IMG/VR virus record: IMGVR_UViG_3300044701_000569 | Coordinates: 62,001-126,000 of that record | Length of the DNA: 64,000 nucleotides | Direction: 5' to 3' (one strand) | Part shown: piece by piece, positions 9,647 through 20,153 of the stretch | Numbering within the stretch: the first letter of the stretch is position 1 | Layout: each line of letters starts with the position of its first letter | The notes under the pieces: generated by a model | Told to the model about the DNA's origin: nothing | Seen by the model: only the letters and a program-made list of their open reading frames with translations | Databases searched by the model: none | Translations under genes and position numbers: made by a program

Positions 9647-10361
9647 TTGTATTGATGTGTATCAGTATGGTACTGTTGATAGATTAAGCCCTGAGGCGCC
9701 GGTTCCTATCTTTAAATATAGTCACAAAGAACAACGACCCGGCATGGCCGGCAATGTTAATAACAATTTAAAAGCATTAGGTTGCAGTGTAAACTACCTG
9801 CATACGGAAACTAGTATGAAGACTAGGCTAATTGATAGCCGTAGTAAACAGCAGATGATTAGAATTGACGACGATGTTACAGCAACACCTATTACGTTTG
9901 AAACAGACATCCCTAACATTTACGATGCTGTTGTTATCAGCGACTATAATAAAGGAACAATAACATACGAGTTGATGGAAGAAATTATTCAATGGTCTAA
10001 CCACTCAACTAAAATTCCTGTTTTTATTGATACAAAGAAAACGGACCTAGCAAGACTGCAGGGTGCGTGGGTTAAAATTAACGAATTAGAATACAGTAAA
10101 ATTAAATCTTCTTGTTCAGGATTAATTGTAACTAGAGGAGAGAAAGGTGCTGTAATTCCGCACCATGAAATTAAATTAGATGCGCCGCGTGTTGAAGTTG
10201 TTGATGTAACAGGTGCTGGCGACACGTTTCTAGCTGCTCTTGCATACAAATGGCTAGAGACAGGAAGTATAAATGCAGCATTATTTTTTGCGGTAGAAGC
10301 GTCATCAATAACTGTACAGCATGTTGGATGCTATGCGCCAACAGTGGAGGAAATAGGATGA
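9588..10361 (+). CDS. rfaE1: Heptose-7-phosphate kinase (HldE N-terminal PfkB domain / RfaE1-like)
   Basis: RLSPEAPVP, PGMAGNV, ISDYNKG and DVTGAGDTF motifs. Start taken at the ATG at 9588. Confidence 0.9.
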   Translation: MTEQNTQQQKQFRILLLGDNCIDVYQYGTVDRLSPEAPVPIFKYSHKEQRPGMAGNVNNNLKALGCSVNYLHTETSMKTRLIDSRSKQQMIRIDDDVTATPITFETDIPNIYDAVVISDYNKGTITYELMEEIIQWSNHSTKIPVFIDTKKTDLARLQGAWVKINELEYSKIKSSCSGLIVTRGEKGAVIPHHEIKLDAPRVEVVDVTGAGDTFLAALAYKWLETGSINAALFFAVEASSITVQHVGCYAPTVEEIG

Positions 10362-11179
10362 AAATACTAGTAACAGGGCACAACGGATTTATTGGTAAAA
10401 ATCTTGCCATGTATCTTACATCAAAGGGTCACGAGGTATCTGGATGGGACTATGAACCTAACACTATACCTAATCCTGAAGGGTATGACTGGGTGGTACA
10501 TCTTGGTGCTATAACATCTACAACCTGCACAGATGTAGATCAAATAATGGAACAAAATTTTGAAAACTCTGTTAGATTAATTCAAGCCTGTGATATGATG
10601 GGAGTTAATTTTCAGTACGCTTCTAGTGCAAGTGTGTACGGATCTCATCAACATTTTAAAGAAAACGGACCTTTACTACCGCAAAGTCCGTATGCATGGA
10701 GCAAATATCTATTTGATAGATTTGTTAATCAACTTAAAGACGAATTTCAAATAACTGTTCAAGGTTTTAGATACTTTAATGTATACGGTATTGGAGAAGA
10801 ACACAAAGGTGATCAGGCTAGTCCTTACACTAAATTTAGAGAACAAGCAATTTCTAACAAAAAAATAAAATTGTTTGAAGGCAGTGAAAACTACAAGAGA
10901 GATTTTGTTTGGGTAGGTGACGTATGCCGTGTGCATGAATTAATGTTGGAAAAGTCTGAGCGTGGTATTTTCAATGTAGGCACAGGATCTCCAGTTAGTT
11001 TTGACACTATAGCAAGAACCATAGCACAGCGTTATTCAGCTGAACTAGAACACATACCTATGCCTGAAAATTTACGGTCTCAGTACCAAACCTATACCTG
11101 TGCAAATTTAGAAAAATTAAACAGTGTAATTGATATGCAATGGACTAGAATAGAGGATTATATAAATGGAACAGACTAA
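10358..11179 (+). CDS. hldD: ADP-L-glycero-D-manno-heptose 6-epimerase
   Basis: TGHNGFIG, YASSASVYG, YAWSK (YxxxK), RYFNVYG, RDFVWV and QYQTYTCA motifs. Start at the ATGA overlap with the kinase stop. Confidence 0.9.
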   Translation: MKILVTGHNGFIGKNLAMYLTSKGHEVSGWDYEPNTIPNPEGYDWVVHLGAITSTTCTDVDQIMEQNFENSVRLIQACDMMGVNFQYASSASVYGSHQHFKENGPLLPQSPYAWSKYLFDRFVNQLKDEFQITVQGFRYFNVYGIGEEHKGDQASPYTKFREQAISNKKIKLFEGSENYKRDFVWVGDVCRVHELMLEKSERGIFNVGTGSPVSFDTIARTIAQRYSAELEHIPMPENLRSQYQTYTCANLEKLNSVIDMQWTRIEDYINGTD

Positions 11180-11591
11180 TCTACAACCGCAACGACTGTC
11201 AGGAGTTGTTAAAAAAGGCTGGGGCTATGAACTTATATGGGCAACTAACGAAAAGTATGCAGGCAAAATTCTTGCATTTGATCATGCAGGATCTAAAATG
11301 AGTATGCATTTCCATAGGCAAAAAGACGAAACATGGTTTGTTAACAGCGGAAAATTTCTAGTACGTTGGATTGATACAAACACTGCTAAGGTGAATGAAA
11401 AAGAATTAAATGAAGGCGATATTTGGCACAATCCTCCACTTCAACCTCACCAACTGATTGCTCTTGTTGACGGTGCCAGTATAACTGAAGTAAGTACTCC
11501 TGATTCTGTAGAAGACAATTATAGAATTTCTCCAGGTGACAGTCAAAAGGAACAAACTAAAGATGTCAAACCGGTACCTCCACAGTATTGA
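11166..11591 (+). CDS. Cupin-fold putative sugar(-phosphate) isomerase
   Basis: KGWGYELIW, SMHFHRQKDETW, PPLQPHQL and EVSTPD cupin metal-binding motifs. Confidence 0.75.
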   Translation: MEQTNLQPQRLSGVVKKGWGYELIWATNEKYAGKILAFDHAGSKMSMHFHRQKDETWFVNSGKFLVRWIDTNTAKVNEKELNEGDIWHNPPLQPHQLIALVDGASITEVSTPDSVEDNYRISPGDSQKEQTKDVKPVPPQY

Positions 11592-12183
11592 TGTGTCTTC
11601 TGATCCTATAGCAACACGATGTGTGATAGGATTAGATCGAGACGGAGTTATAAATCGTGATCTAGGAACTTATGTAACTGATCCTGATCAATTTGAACCT
11701 ATACCAGGTAGTATAGAAGCTATTGCTAAAATACGACGCTTAGGTCATAAAATAGTTATCATTACCAATCAAGGTGGTATTGAAAAAGGTATTATGACCG
11801 AACAAGACGTTGATAGAGTTCATGCAAGAATGTTTGACATGCTGGGTGCTGCAGGATGCAGCAGTTTAGATGCTCTTTACTACAGTGCCAGTAGTAGGAA
11901 AGAAGATCCGTTTGCAAAACCAAACGTAGGCATGTTCAAACGTTGCGAAAATGAGCATCGTCAGATAAAGTTTTCTGAAGGATTTTATGTAGGGGATAAA
12001 ATAACTGATTTAAAAGCAGCCTTAAAGATTGGTGCTAGACCAGTACTGGTAAGAACTGGTTACGGAAAAGAAACTGAAGAACTATTAAATCGTTTCACTT
12101 ATAAAAGAATAAAGCAGCAAACTCAAATATTTGATGATCTTGCTGCTTTTTCTCTTTGGTTAGAATCAAACAATTACGCCTGA
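11563..12183 (+). CDS. gmhB: Heptose-1,7-bisphosphate phosphatase (HAD family)
   Basis: LDRDGVIN, ITNQGGI, KPNVGM and VGDKITD motifs. Start taken at the ATG at 11563. Confidence 0.9.
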   Translation: MSNRYLHSIDVSSDPIATRCVIGLDRDGVINRDLGTYVTDPDQFEPIPGSIEAIAKIRRLGHKIVIITNQGGIEKGIMTEQDVDRVHARMFDMLGAAGCSSLDALYYSASSRKEDPFAKPNVGMFKRCENEHRQIKFSEGFYVGDKITDLKAALKIGARPVLVRTGYGKETEELLNRFTYKRIKQQTQIFDDLAAFSLWLESNNYA

Positions 12184-15100
12184 GCTTCACCCCATTTAAT
12201 AATAATGTTTGCTGTTGTGTTTGCACCACTAACCTTATAGATATTAATAGCTAGTACGTCAGGACCATTAGGGAATGTACCCCTACCGCCTAATGGTGTA
12301 TTTGTAAGTTCTTTCAATTCTTTAAGTTCTAGTGTAGAACGTTCACCAGGTGTAGCAATAAACGAGAATACAGTTTCGCCTGGTTGTGCATACGGTGGTT
12401 CAATAAATTCAACCTGTACAGTGCCTGATCCAGCAGTTAATGTACCTGAATACGAGTTGTTAAATGACACTTGATAGAACTGTGTAGTTCCATGTCGTTG
12501 TGCTGACACTGCATTTATTTGGGTGTTAGCAGGAAACGATACTGAACCGCCCGATGTGGACACAGCAGTACCTGCTCTAGCACCTGCTGCGTCAAAACTT
12601 GCTTTAGTTATGTATGCAAAGTTTCTGTTGATCAAGTTACTGCCGTATGTAAATCTTACAACACTACCTGGACCAATATACCAATAGTTATTAGTGCTTA
12701 AAGATATACGATAGCTGCTGCCATCCTGTCTAACTCTTGTAACAGTAGTATTTGGATAGAAATATGCACCGTTAGCTCCGGCACTATTTGTAACTAGTGT
12801 AACAACAGAACCAACTGCAATTGGCCCAAGTGACTCATATACACTTTCAGATATTCTAAGCTCTGAACTGTAATATGCGCCGTCTAAAATTGTAAGATCA
12901 ACAGTTAAAATATTTACTGCTGTTAACGAAGCAGTAGTTAAACTAGAACCAGTACTCCAACTTACAGAGCCACCGGAAGCAATCTGAGCAAAACTAGGTT
13001 GTCCTCCTTGAGCAAGACCACTCAGTCCTGACCAACCAATTAAGTTAGGATCTGTAGGATAGTTGTTAGGATTTAATACGCCTTCAACAATAATACCGCC
13101 TTTGATTAACGCATCGCTACTATCAACTCCGTCTGATGTAATTTCAAGACCTTGCAATAGTAGCTGCGCACGATTTAACAATTCTCTTTCGCCTAAATCT
13201 CCAACAATAGCATTAGACACTGACGGTGCTAGACGTATTAAGAACGCTGTTTGTTTTGTAGTAGATACATCAATACCTGTTTCTGAGTATGAAAAGATAT
13301 AACCACGATCTTCATCAAACCCGCCATCTGTTAGGAAAGCACTACCCCAGTGACTAATTAACGGAGTAATTGTATTACTAATCAGTATTACACCTGTGTT
13401 TCTATCGTGTGCATCAGCACTGCCCGCAGTATAAGTTCTAGTTGCGCCTGCTTGGAAGTTACTAAATGTAGTACCTCTATCGCAGTTGATTAAAGAATTT
13501 CCGCTCTTACCACTATAGCTGACAATTTCATTGTTTATGTAAACAGTGCCACTTTCAGGAAAGAAACTAGCATCTCTTAGAGGAATAGTAGTTTGTGATG
13601 ATGTGATATTTTCTGAAAGTTGGCCTGGAGGACCTTCGTTAGTAACTTCATAACGAACCGGCAAGTTACCAGAACGCATAAATGCTTCGGTATTAATGTT
13701 GCTGTTACGCATTCTATGAGCAAAGACAAAATTACCATTTGATCCTCTCAGCATGAAGTCAATAAATCCAGCACCATACCAACTGTACTGGATACCAATC
13801 ATCTGCATCTTTGCTGGGTCAATATTATATCCGCTAGGCCCAGTACCGTCAAGTTTATCTAAGTTAAAATCTGACTGTTTGGTTTTTTTATCTGTTACTA
13901 ACATCATCTTAGCACCAGTAACGCTCCTAGTACCTCTAAAATCAGGAGTAACACTTATACTTGTATCACTAATAACGTGTGAAACAACATGTGTCATACC
14001 TCTAATAATGACTCTGTCGCCGGCTTTTAGCTGCTCAGTAAATCTAGTATTAGTGCCAACAACAGAGTTACTATCAGCGTCAATGGCTATTGTTCCCGCA
14101 CACTGGAATGTACCTGTTCTCTGCGCTACAGATATCTGTGTTCCGTCATACTCCCAATAAATTCCATTTTGATCGTCAAAAATTCCAGAACGCACAGTTG
14201 CACCGTGCCATGATACTACGCTCATTTGAGCACCAAAGCCCAGTTCAGCTGTAGTAGATCCTAGTCTTCGTTGAGCACGAACTTTGAATGTACGCTCATC
14301 ATCAATATCAACAACTTCATAATCAAACCACGGTGGCGTACTGTTTCCTTCACCGCTGTTATATCCAGGTGTTACTACTCCTAGTAATCTAATAACACCT
14401 CCTACCTGTACACCGTGATCGTTGTCATCAGTTACAATAGTAATCAATGAGTTAACTTCTACACCGTCTGCTGTCACACTTCTTAAATCGTAGCTGGGAG
14501 CAAATAGAGCACCTGTGGTATACATAATACCTTTACCAGACTGATAACGAATATACTTTTTACTTTGACGTATAGCCTGTGCACCGTGCTGCGGGCCGCC
14601 AGTGCCTAACTGTACGCCGCCATCAAATGGTCTATGTACAAAGAACGAATCTGGTCTAGGATAAATTGTCCCTGTAATATTTAAAGAGCTAGTGTCAATT
14701 GCACCAGGCGCTCTAGCTTGATAGCGTAAACTTGAGATTGTTGGGATTTCAGTAGCTATAAACGAGCCAGATGCTAAGCCATGGTTGTTTGTACCGTTAT
14801 CACTACCTGCTACAGCAAAAAATGTATCGCCAGGCACTAATCCGTGCGGTGATACAAAATCAACTCTTATAGTAGATAAAGCATCAAACAGTATACTATT
14901 ACCTCTACTAATTGTACCAGTAGTGTCATCAGACATAGTAAAGGTACAGATCAGTGGCATAATAGACCCTTCTACAGCAGGCCCTGCTGTGTAAGAAATT
15001 GCGTCTATAGTTGATCCTAATACTGATGTTACCCTTACTAAAATATCATTAGCTGGTGAAGCACCATCTAGATCACTGCCCTCTAATATAATTCTATCAC

Positions 15101-18100
15101 CAACTTTGTAATTTGTTCCGCCGCTGGTTAACCCTACAGTAGTATAAGTTCCGTTACTTCTACCAACTTCAAAAATTGCTAAACTTCCTATAGGATCATC
15201 ATTAGTGCCTGAAACACTGGTATAAGTTGCTGAGCCGCTCGCGCCGGTGCCGCTTGAAGAAATAGTTGAAATAGTACCACTAGCATTTACACCAGTTACT
15301 GTAATTGTTATATCGTTAGTTGGGGTCGTTCCACCTACAGCTAATCCTGGTATTTTTATCTGTTGATTTACTGCATACTGTAAACCACCTGTAGCAACAC
15401 TAACAGAATATACACCACTAGTTAATGTAACATCAAATGTTGCGCCATTACCATTTAACGGAACTGCTAGTACAGGAAAAATTGTTTGTGTGTTAGATCC
15501 TGTTCCTGCAACGGTAAACGTAGTAGGAGCACCGAATGCGTCCACACCAGTAATAGTTATAACACAGTTATTAGCAGGAGATGAACCATTTAAAAGTGTA
15601 CCCTGTACTGTAATTGTATCTGTAGGAACAAAATTAATACCGCCTGTTATTACAGCAGAATAAACTGTTCCTATCATTGTTATATCTACAGTAGCAGCAG
15701 TACCGGCACCAGAAGTAGCATATGTTAGGTTATTAAATGTTATATTAGCATTTGGAGCAGGCTGACTACCTGCGTTGGTAGTAAATGTTGTTACACTGCC
15801 ACCTAGTCCTACACCAGTAACGCTGACAGTTATGTCGTTAGTCCCGCTTCCACCAAGAGCAGATCCTGCTATAAGTGCTCTATCGTATTGCACCCAGTCT
15901 TCTGAAAGGTCAGGTGATAAATTCTGAACAGACGTATATACATTGTTTGAAAATGTAACGGCCATTCTTAAGCCAACACCAGAACCGTGTTGATAAACTC
16001 CGCTTAGACCAGTAAATGTCCCATCGCCGCCAAATGCTGTGCCAGTTGCTACTGTGGTTAAAATACCACCCAAGGCATTTACAGTAGCTACTCTAATTAA
16101 TAAATCATTATCGGGTGTTGATCCGCCTAATGATGTACCAGATATTAAAATTCTATCACCAACTTGATAGTTTATACCAGCAGTAGTGATAGCATCTATC
16201 GTGTATGAACCTGCACTTCTACTAATTGTAAAAATTGCGCCAGAACCTATGTTAGGATCATTAGTACCAACTACGTTAGTGTGTGAGCGTATACCTGCTA
16301 TTAAAGGTTTGGTAAATGCTGAGCTAAAGTTAAGAGTACTGCCGTCAATTCCTGTAATGAAAGTTGCAGTGCCATCACCTCTGTCAGCAGCTAGTCCTAC
16401 TTCTATACCAATAGCACTTGCTACAGACACTTCAGTTGTTCCTATAGAATAGGTCTGTGTAATTATAGGAGTTAAAAATTCGCCACCGCCTGCACTAGTT
16501 GTTCTAACACCTGTAACCTGAGCGCCTAAAGGTATATTTACGTTAGTTACCGGAGATCCAATTTCCGGTGCTATTCCGTCAAACGGAATTATATCACTAC
16601 CCGTAGAAACATTTAATTCTGCAAACATTGTTCCAGACGAACCATTACTTTCAACAGTGAATGTTGGTTGGCCAATTGAAGCACCGGTATAAAATCCTGC
16701 CTGTCTAAGCTGTGTATAGTTAGTTGACAGTACTTGCCCGTTACTTGTACCAACCTTGGCTTTGGCAAAATAGTTGAAAGTTGTTGGAGTAGGTACTCTA
16801 TTAATTATAAATGAACCTTCGGCTCTAGCTGCACCAGTAACGCTATTTTCTAAAGCCTTAAGTGTTATAGGCGTACCTGCAGTAAATCCATGAGGAGTTA
16901 CTGTAGTTACAGTAATTAAGGATTGACCAACACCTGTGCCTGCTATTCCTGCTAGTACTATTATCTGACCCGACATTGAAAGGTGATTACTACACTGATA
17001 GAAATATGTTCCTGCTTGTCCAGGATTTGGTGTCCATGTTACTGTTCCTGAGCCTTGGCCTGTTACACCTGACACTTGATTTCCTGTACCAGTTGATGCT
17101 ACTGTTTTAATATAGAGAGGATGTGTACTTGATACGCTATTTGTAAATGTTATTGTATCGCCTTCTCTAATTGTGATAGCAGGATCGTTTCCAGATATTA
17201 CTCCGTTTCTATCTATGCCGCTTATAGTATAGTTGGATGTACCGCTGTTTGTAGCAGTAAACTCAAAAGATCTTACTAAGAAACCTAAGCTAGAATCTGT
17301 TGTAACTGATACTACTTGTGTGTCAGTACCCGGTAATTCGTAAACCGACGGATAACCTCGCATAGTACCTATTGCACTCCACTTAGTAGGCTGTAATCCA
17401 TACTCGAAGTCAGCGTCAAGCATTGACAATGGAGGTGCAATACGCATACGCTCAATTGCATCTGTGCCAAAATCATGTGGTCGTGTAGTTACTACACTTT
17501 TACCATTTTCAATGTATTCAACAAAAATCTGTAAATCGTCAGTTTCATTATGACCACTGGTATCATAGTTCAGTGTAATTTTTGTAATAGCATCAGTAGT
17601 TTGTAGATACGTTGGAAAATCATCACTTGATCCGTAATACTGTATTTCTACTGCGCCGCCTGTAGTATTGTTGGCAAAATTATAAATTATTTCATTTGCT
17701 GTAGTATTAGTGATCAATAAGAAGTCTTCGGAATCGTATCTACCCTGTATTAGAATTGATCCTACACCTGCATCAACTGCTGTTGGCATTGCTGATAAAC
17801 CGCCAGTAATTACATTTACTGTTCCAGTAACTAGGGCATCGATTACAGCAGCAGCGCCTGCTTCTGCGTTTGATGTGCCAATTACTTGAGTTTCAATACC
17901 CTGTTCATCGTATGCTGTATTTGTAAAAATATAATCAGTGATAAGATCACCAATAAATGCATGAGTATCAATCTCAGGAATTCTGTTACCGTCAACTTGA
18001 GCAACATCTTCATCCCAATAATACTTAATAGTTTTTCTTAATTGCTCATTACCACCATATCTTAAATCATGAAGGTATGCATCTAAAACATAACCTAAAT

Positions 18101-19154
18101 CTCGCTGACACTTTGTAGAATTATAAGTGTAGGTAGGTGACCAAGTAACAGCTTCTACCATAGTTGTTTTGTTTGTTGTAATAGCAGTTTGCGCGGCCTG
18201 TAACCCTGCAGTTGCCCATCCTACACTCGGTAGTGTTCTTGATCCGGGTAATGCACCTGTACCATTTTCAACAACATCTGCAACTATATCAATTAGCGAA
18301 GCTACAGTAGCAGCATCACCAGTGCTAGCATTATCTCCTGAAATTACTTGAGTCTGAGTATTGCCAACAGACGGAGTAATTGCTATGCCTCTAACAATAC
18401 TACTGATAAACGTTTGTAGATATCTGTAGGCCGCTACTGTTTGTGCTTGATGTTCAGCAGTAATACCTGTTGCACCAGAAGCAGCATAGTTATTAAAAAA
18501 CTTAGCACTATCATAACTTGCGCTGTTACCGCCATATAGACTGTCATAGACAGCAGCATAGATAGCATATTTTACATCTCGTGTACACTTATCTACATTA
18601 TGATTGTGTGCTGGAAAGTTTACATTAACCCAAGCATTAACTTCGGCTGTAATAAAATCTAAGTTTGCTAATAATTTTGTTTTAGTAGCAATCTTACTTG
18701 CAGTAGCAGTTGTAGGATTTGGATAAACATGAGTACTAGCAGCAGTTCTGCCATTAGCTACAATATTTAAAAGTTCATCAAAGTAATCGTCATTGCGAGA
18801 TAGAGCAGTAGCATCAGAGCTAACTGCTGATAGGGCAGCTATTTGACTTTTAGCTCTTAGAATGGTTCTTGTTACAGTATTTGATAGATCAAGACTATTA
18901 GTTTCAGCGATACCTAAAAATATAGCATTATAGTTTGTACCTAATAATATATCCCATGCTGCGCCGTCAACTATGTATCCAATATCTCTTCTACACTTAG
19001 TTGCATCAATTATTTCTTGATCTATATATGCAACAGATTCTGCAAGCAAAAAATCTCTGTTTTGCTCTATGAGGTCATAGGCATTAGGGAATAGATTATC
19101 TAAGGCACCTATACCTGGTTTAAATACGTAATTTTTAATTTGTCTTTTTGCCAT
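12174..19154 (-). CDS. Giant Gly/Ser/Thr-rich virion fibre-like protein (2326 aa)
   Basis: Repeated KCxRD(I/L/V)GY helical units, repeated G(T/S)xY..GD.I.I.G..LGG..P.ND beta units, one cupredoxin-like domain and an LDADFEYGLQPTKW domain. Confidence 0.7.
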   Translation of the reverse strand: MAKRQIKNYVFKPGIGALDNLFPNAYDLIEQNRDFLLAESVAYIDQEIIDATKCRRDIGYIVDGAAWDILLGTNYNAIFLGIAETNSLDLSNTVTRTILRAKSQIAALSAVSSDATALSRNDDYFDELLNIVANGRTAASTHVYPNPTTATASKIATKTKLLANLDFITAEVNAWVNVNFPAHNHNVDKCTRDVKYAIYAAVYDSLYGGNSASYDSAKFFNNYAASGATGITAEHQAQTVAAYRYLQTFISSIVRGIAITPSVGNTQTQVISGDNASTGDAATVASLIDIVADVVENGTGALPGSRTLPSVGWATAGLQAAQTAITTNKTTMVEAVTWSPTYTYNSTKCQRDLGYVLDAYLHDLRYGGNEQLRKTIKYYWDEDVAQVDGNRIPEIDTHAFIGDLITDYIFTNTAYDEQGIETQVIGTSNAEAGAAAVIDALVTGTVNVITGGLSAMPTAVDAGVGSILIQGRYDSEDFLLITNTTANEIIYNFANNTTGGAVEIQYYGSSDDFPTYLQTTDAITKITLNYDTSGHNETDDLQIFVEYIENGKSVVTTRPHDFGTDAIERMRIAPPLSMLDADFEYGLQPTKWSAIGTMRGYPSVYELPGTDTQVVSVTTDSSLGFLVRSFEFTATNSGTSNYTISGIDRNGVISGNDPAITIREGDTITFTNSVSSTHPLYIKTVASTGTGNQVSGVTGQGSGTVTWTPNPGQAGTYFYQCSNHLSMSGQIIVLAGIAGTGVGQSLITVTTVTPHGFTAGTPITLKALENSVTGAARAEGSFIINRVPTPTTFNYFAKAKVGTSNGQVLSTNYTQLRQAGFYTGASIGQPTFTVESNGSSGTMFAELNVSTGSDIIPFDGIAPEIGSPVTNVNIPLGAQVTGVRTTSAGGGEFLTPIITQTYSIGTTEVSVASAIGIEVGLAADRGDGTATFITGIDGSTLNFSSAFTKPLIAGIRSHTNVVGTNDPNIGSGAIFTISRSAGSYTIDAITTAGINYQVGDRILISGTSLGGSTPDNDLLIRVATVNALGGILTTVATGTAFGGDGTFTGLSGVYQHGSGVGLRMAVTFSNNVYTSVQNLSPDLSEDWVQYDRALIAGSALGGSGTNDITVSVTGVGLGGSVTTFTTNAGSQPAPNANITFNNLTYATSGAGTAATVDITMIGTVYSAVITGGINFVPTDTITVQGTLLNGSSPANNCVITITGVDAFGAPTTFTVAGTGSNTQTIFPVLAVPLNGNGATFDVTLTSGVYSVSVATGGLQYAVNQQIKIPGLAVGGTTPTNDITITVTGVNASGTISTISSSGTGASGSATYTSVSGTNDDPIGSLAIFEVGRSNGTYTTVGLTSGGTNYKVGDRIILEGSDLDGASPANDILVRVTSVLGSTIDAISYTAGPAVEGSIMPLICTFTMSDDTTGTISRGNSILFDALSTIRVDFVSPHGLVPGDTFFAVAGSDNGTNNHGLASGSFIATEIPTISSLRYQARAPGAIDTSSLNITGTIYPRPDSFFVHRPFDGGVQLGTGGPQHGAQAIRQSKKYIRYQSGKGIMYTTGALFAPSYDLRSVTADGVEVNSLITIVTDDNDHGVQVGGVIRLLGVVTPGYNSGEGNSTPPWFDYEVVDIDDERTFKVRAQRRLGSTTAELGFGAQMSVVSWHGATVRSGIFDDQNGIYWEYDGTQISVAQRTGTFQCAGTIAIDADSNSVVGTNTRFTEQLKAGDRVIIRGMTHVVSHVISDTSISVTPDFRGTRSVTGAKMMLVTDKKTKQSDFNLDKLDGTGPSGYNIDPAKMQMIGIQYSWYGAGFIDFMLRGSNGNFVFAHRMRNSNINTEAFMRSGNLPVRYEVTNEGPPGQLSENITSSQTTIPLRDASFFPESGTVYINNEIVSYSGKSGNSLINCDRGTTFSNFQAGATRTYTAGSADAHDRNTGVILISNTITPLISHWGSAFLTDGGFDEDRGYIFSYSETGIDVSTTKQTAFLIRLAPSVSNAIVGDLGERELLNRAQLLLQGLEITSDGVDSSDALIKGGIIVEGVLNPNNYPTDPNLIGWSGLSGLAQGGQPSFAQIASGGSVSWSTGSSLTTASLTAVNILTVDLTILDGAYYSSELRISESVYESLGPIAVGSVVTLVTNSAGANGAYFYPNTTVTRVRQDGSSYRISLSTNNYWYIGPGSVVRFTYGSNLINRNFAYITKASFDAAGARAGTAVSTSGGSVSFPANTQINAVSAQRHGTTQFYQVSFNNSYSGTLTAGSGTVQVEFIEPPYAQPGETVFSFIATPGERSTLELKELKELTNTPLGGRGTFPNGPDVLAINIYKVSGANTTANIIIKWGEAQA

Positions 19155-19159
19155 GTCTT

Positions 19160-20122
19160 TTATAATCCAAATGCTATTGCTAGAGCAGTAGTTGTTGTAT
19201 CAACATATACTTTATTTACAACACTTGTGTTGATTGTTGGAGTACCTGTGATTGTAGCAGCCGTCATTGCTACTGTAGTTAATGTTGACGAATTTGCTGT
19301 AAGATTTGTAAATGCTGCTGCTGCTGGTGTTGTTAAACCTATACTAGAACTATTTATAGTACTGCTAGTAATAATTGAACTAGCTATATCAGAATTTTGT
19401 ATGGTTATATTAAGAGCATCTTCATCAACAAACCCTATAGGAAAGTCGCCTATCTTAAAAATTATTCTATTAGCTGCATCTAGCTCTAAGTTTGTTGATG
19501 ACGCTAGTGCTGGAACACCAACGCCATTAAAATTAAGACCAGTAGCTGTTACAGTGCCGCCAACATTTAAATTCTTTTCTATTCCAACACCGCCAGCAAC
19601 TGTTAACGCACCAGTAGTAGTACTAGTTGACTCGTCGGCTGTTGTTATTTCAACAGTACCAAATTTTCCAGCAGGATCAACTACATTAATAATACCATAG
19701 ATTGTTCCTATTTGGTTTCCGTAATATAATAAATCAGGAGCATCTATTGGTACTGTAAATCCTAATACACCTCCTGTTTGGCCTTGTGCAGCTTCGTCTG
19801 TACCTTCAGTGCTGTGCGCTAGGCCGTCATTATATAGGGTTTCTAGATCTGATTCGTAAATATAAAATTTTAATACAGGTACATCTAGATGTATTAGATA
19901 TCTTCTTGTTCTAGATAATGTAAGTGTTGGATTAGGTCCTGCTACTTCGCCGAATCTATAAGTATTGTCAATCCCCTCGCTAACTGTAAAATCAACAACG
20001 CCTTCGCCGCCGCCAGTGCCGAGCGTAATAGATGAGGCTACAATGTTACCTTCTGCGTCAACAGTAAAGTTAGGGCTTCTAAAACCATATTTTGACTCAA
20101 ATGCATCGTAGCTTACAGGCAT
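19160..20122 (-). CDS. Virion structural protein with a degenerate cupredoxin-like domain and hydrophobic C-terminus
   Basis: NPTLTLSRTRRY...APDLLYY segment, NKVYVD coil motif and C-terminal TALAIAFGL. Confidence 0.6.
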   Translation of the reverse strand: MPVSYDAFESKYGFRSPNFTVDAEGNIVASSITLGTGGGEGVVDFTVSEGIDNTYRFGEVAGPNPTLTLSRTRRYLIHLDVPVLKFYIYESDLETLYNDGLAHSTEGTDEAAQGQTGGVLGFTVPIDAPDLLYYGNQIGTIYGIINVVDPAGKFGTVEITTADESTSTTTGALTVAGGVGIEKNLNVGGTVTATGLNFNGVGVPALASSTNLELDAANRIIFKIGDFPIGFVDEDALNITIQNSDIASSIITSSTINSSSIGLTTPAAAAFTNLTANSSTLTTVAMTAATITGTPTINTSVVNKVYVDTTTTALAIAFGL

Positions 20123-20140
20123 CGTTTCCTCCAGTTACTA

Positions 20141-20148
20141 TATTTATT
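20141..20148 (-). promoter_or_regulatory. Late promoter box (AATAAATA)
   Basis: tatttatt upstream of the GGAGG SD of the gene starting at 20122. Confidence 0.55.
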
Positions 20149-20153
20149 CTTTA

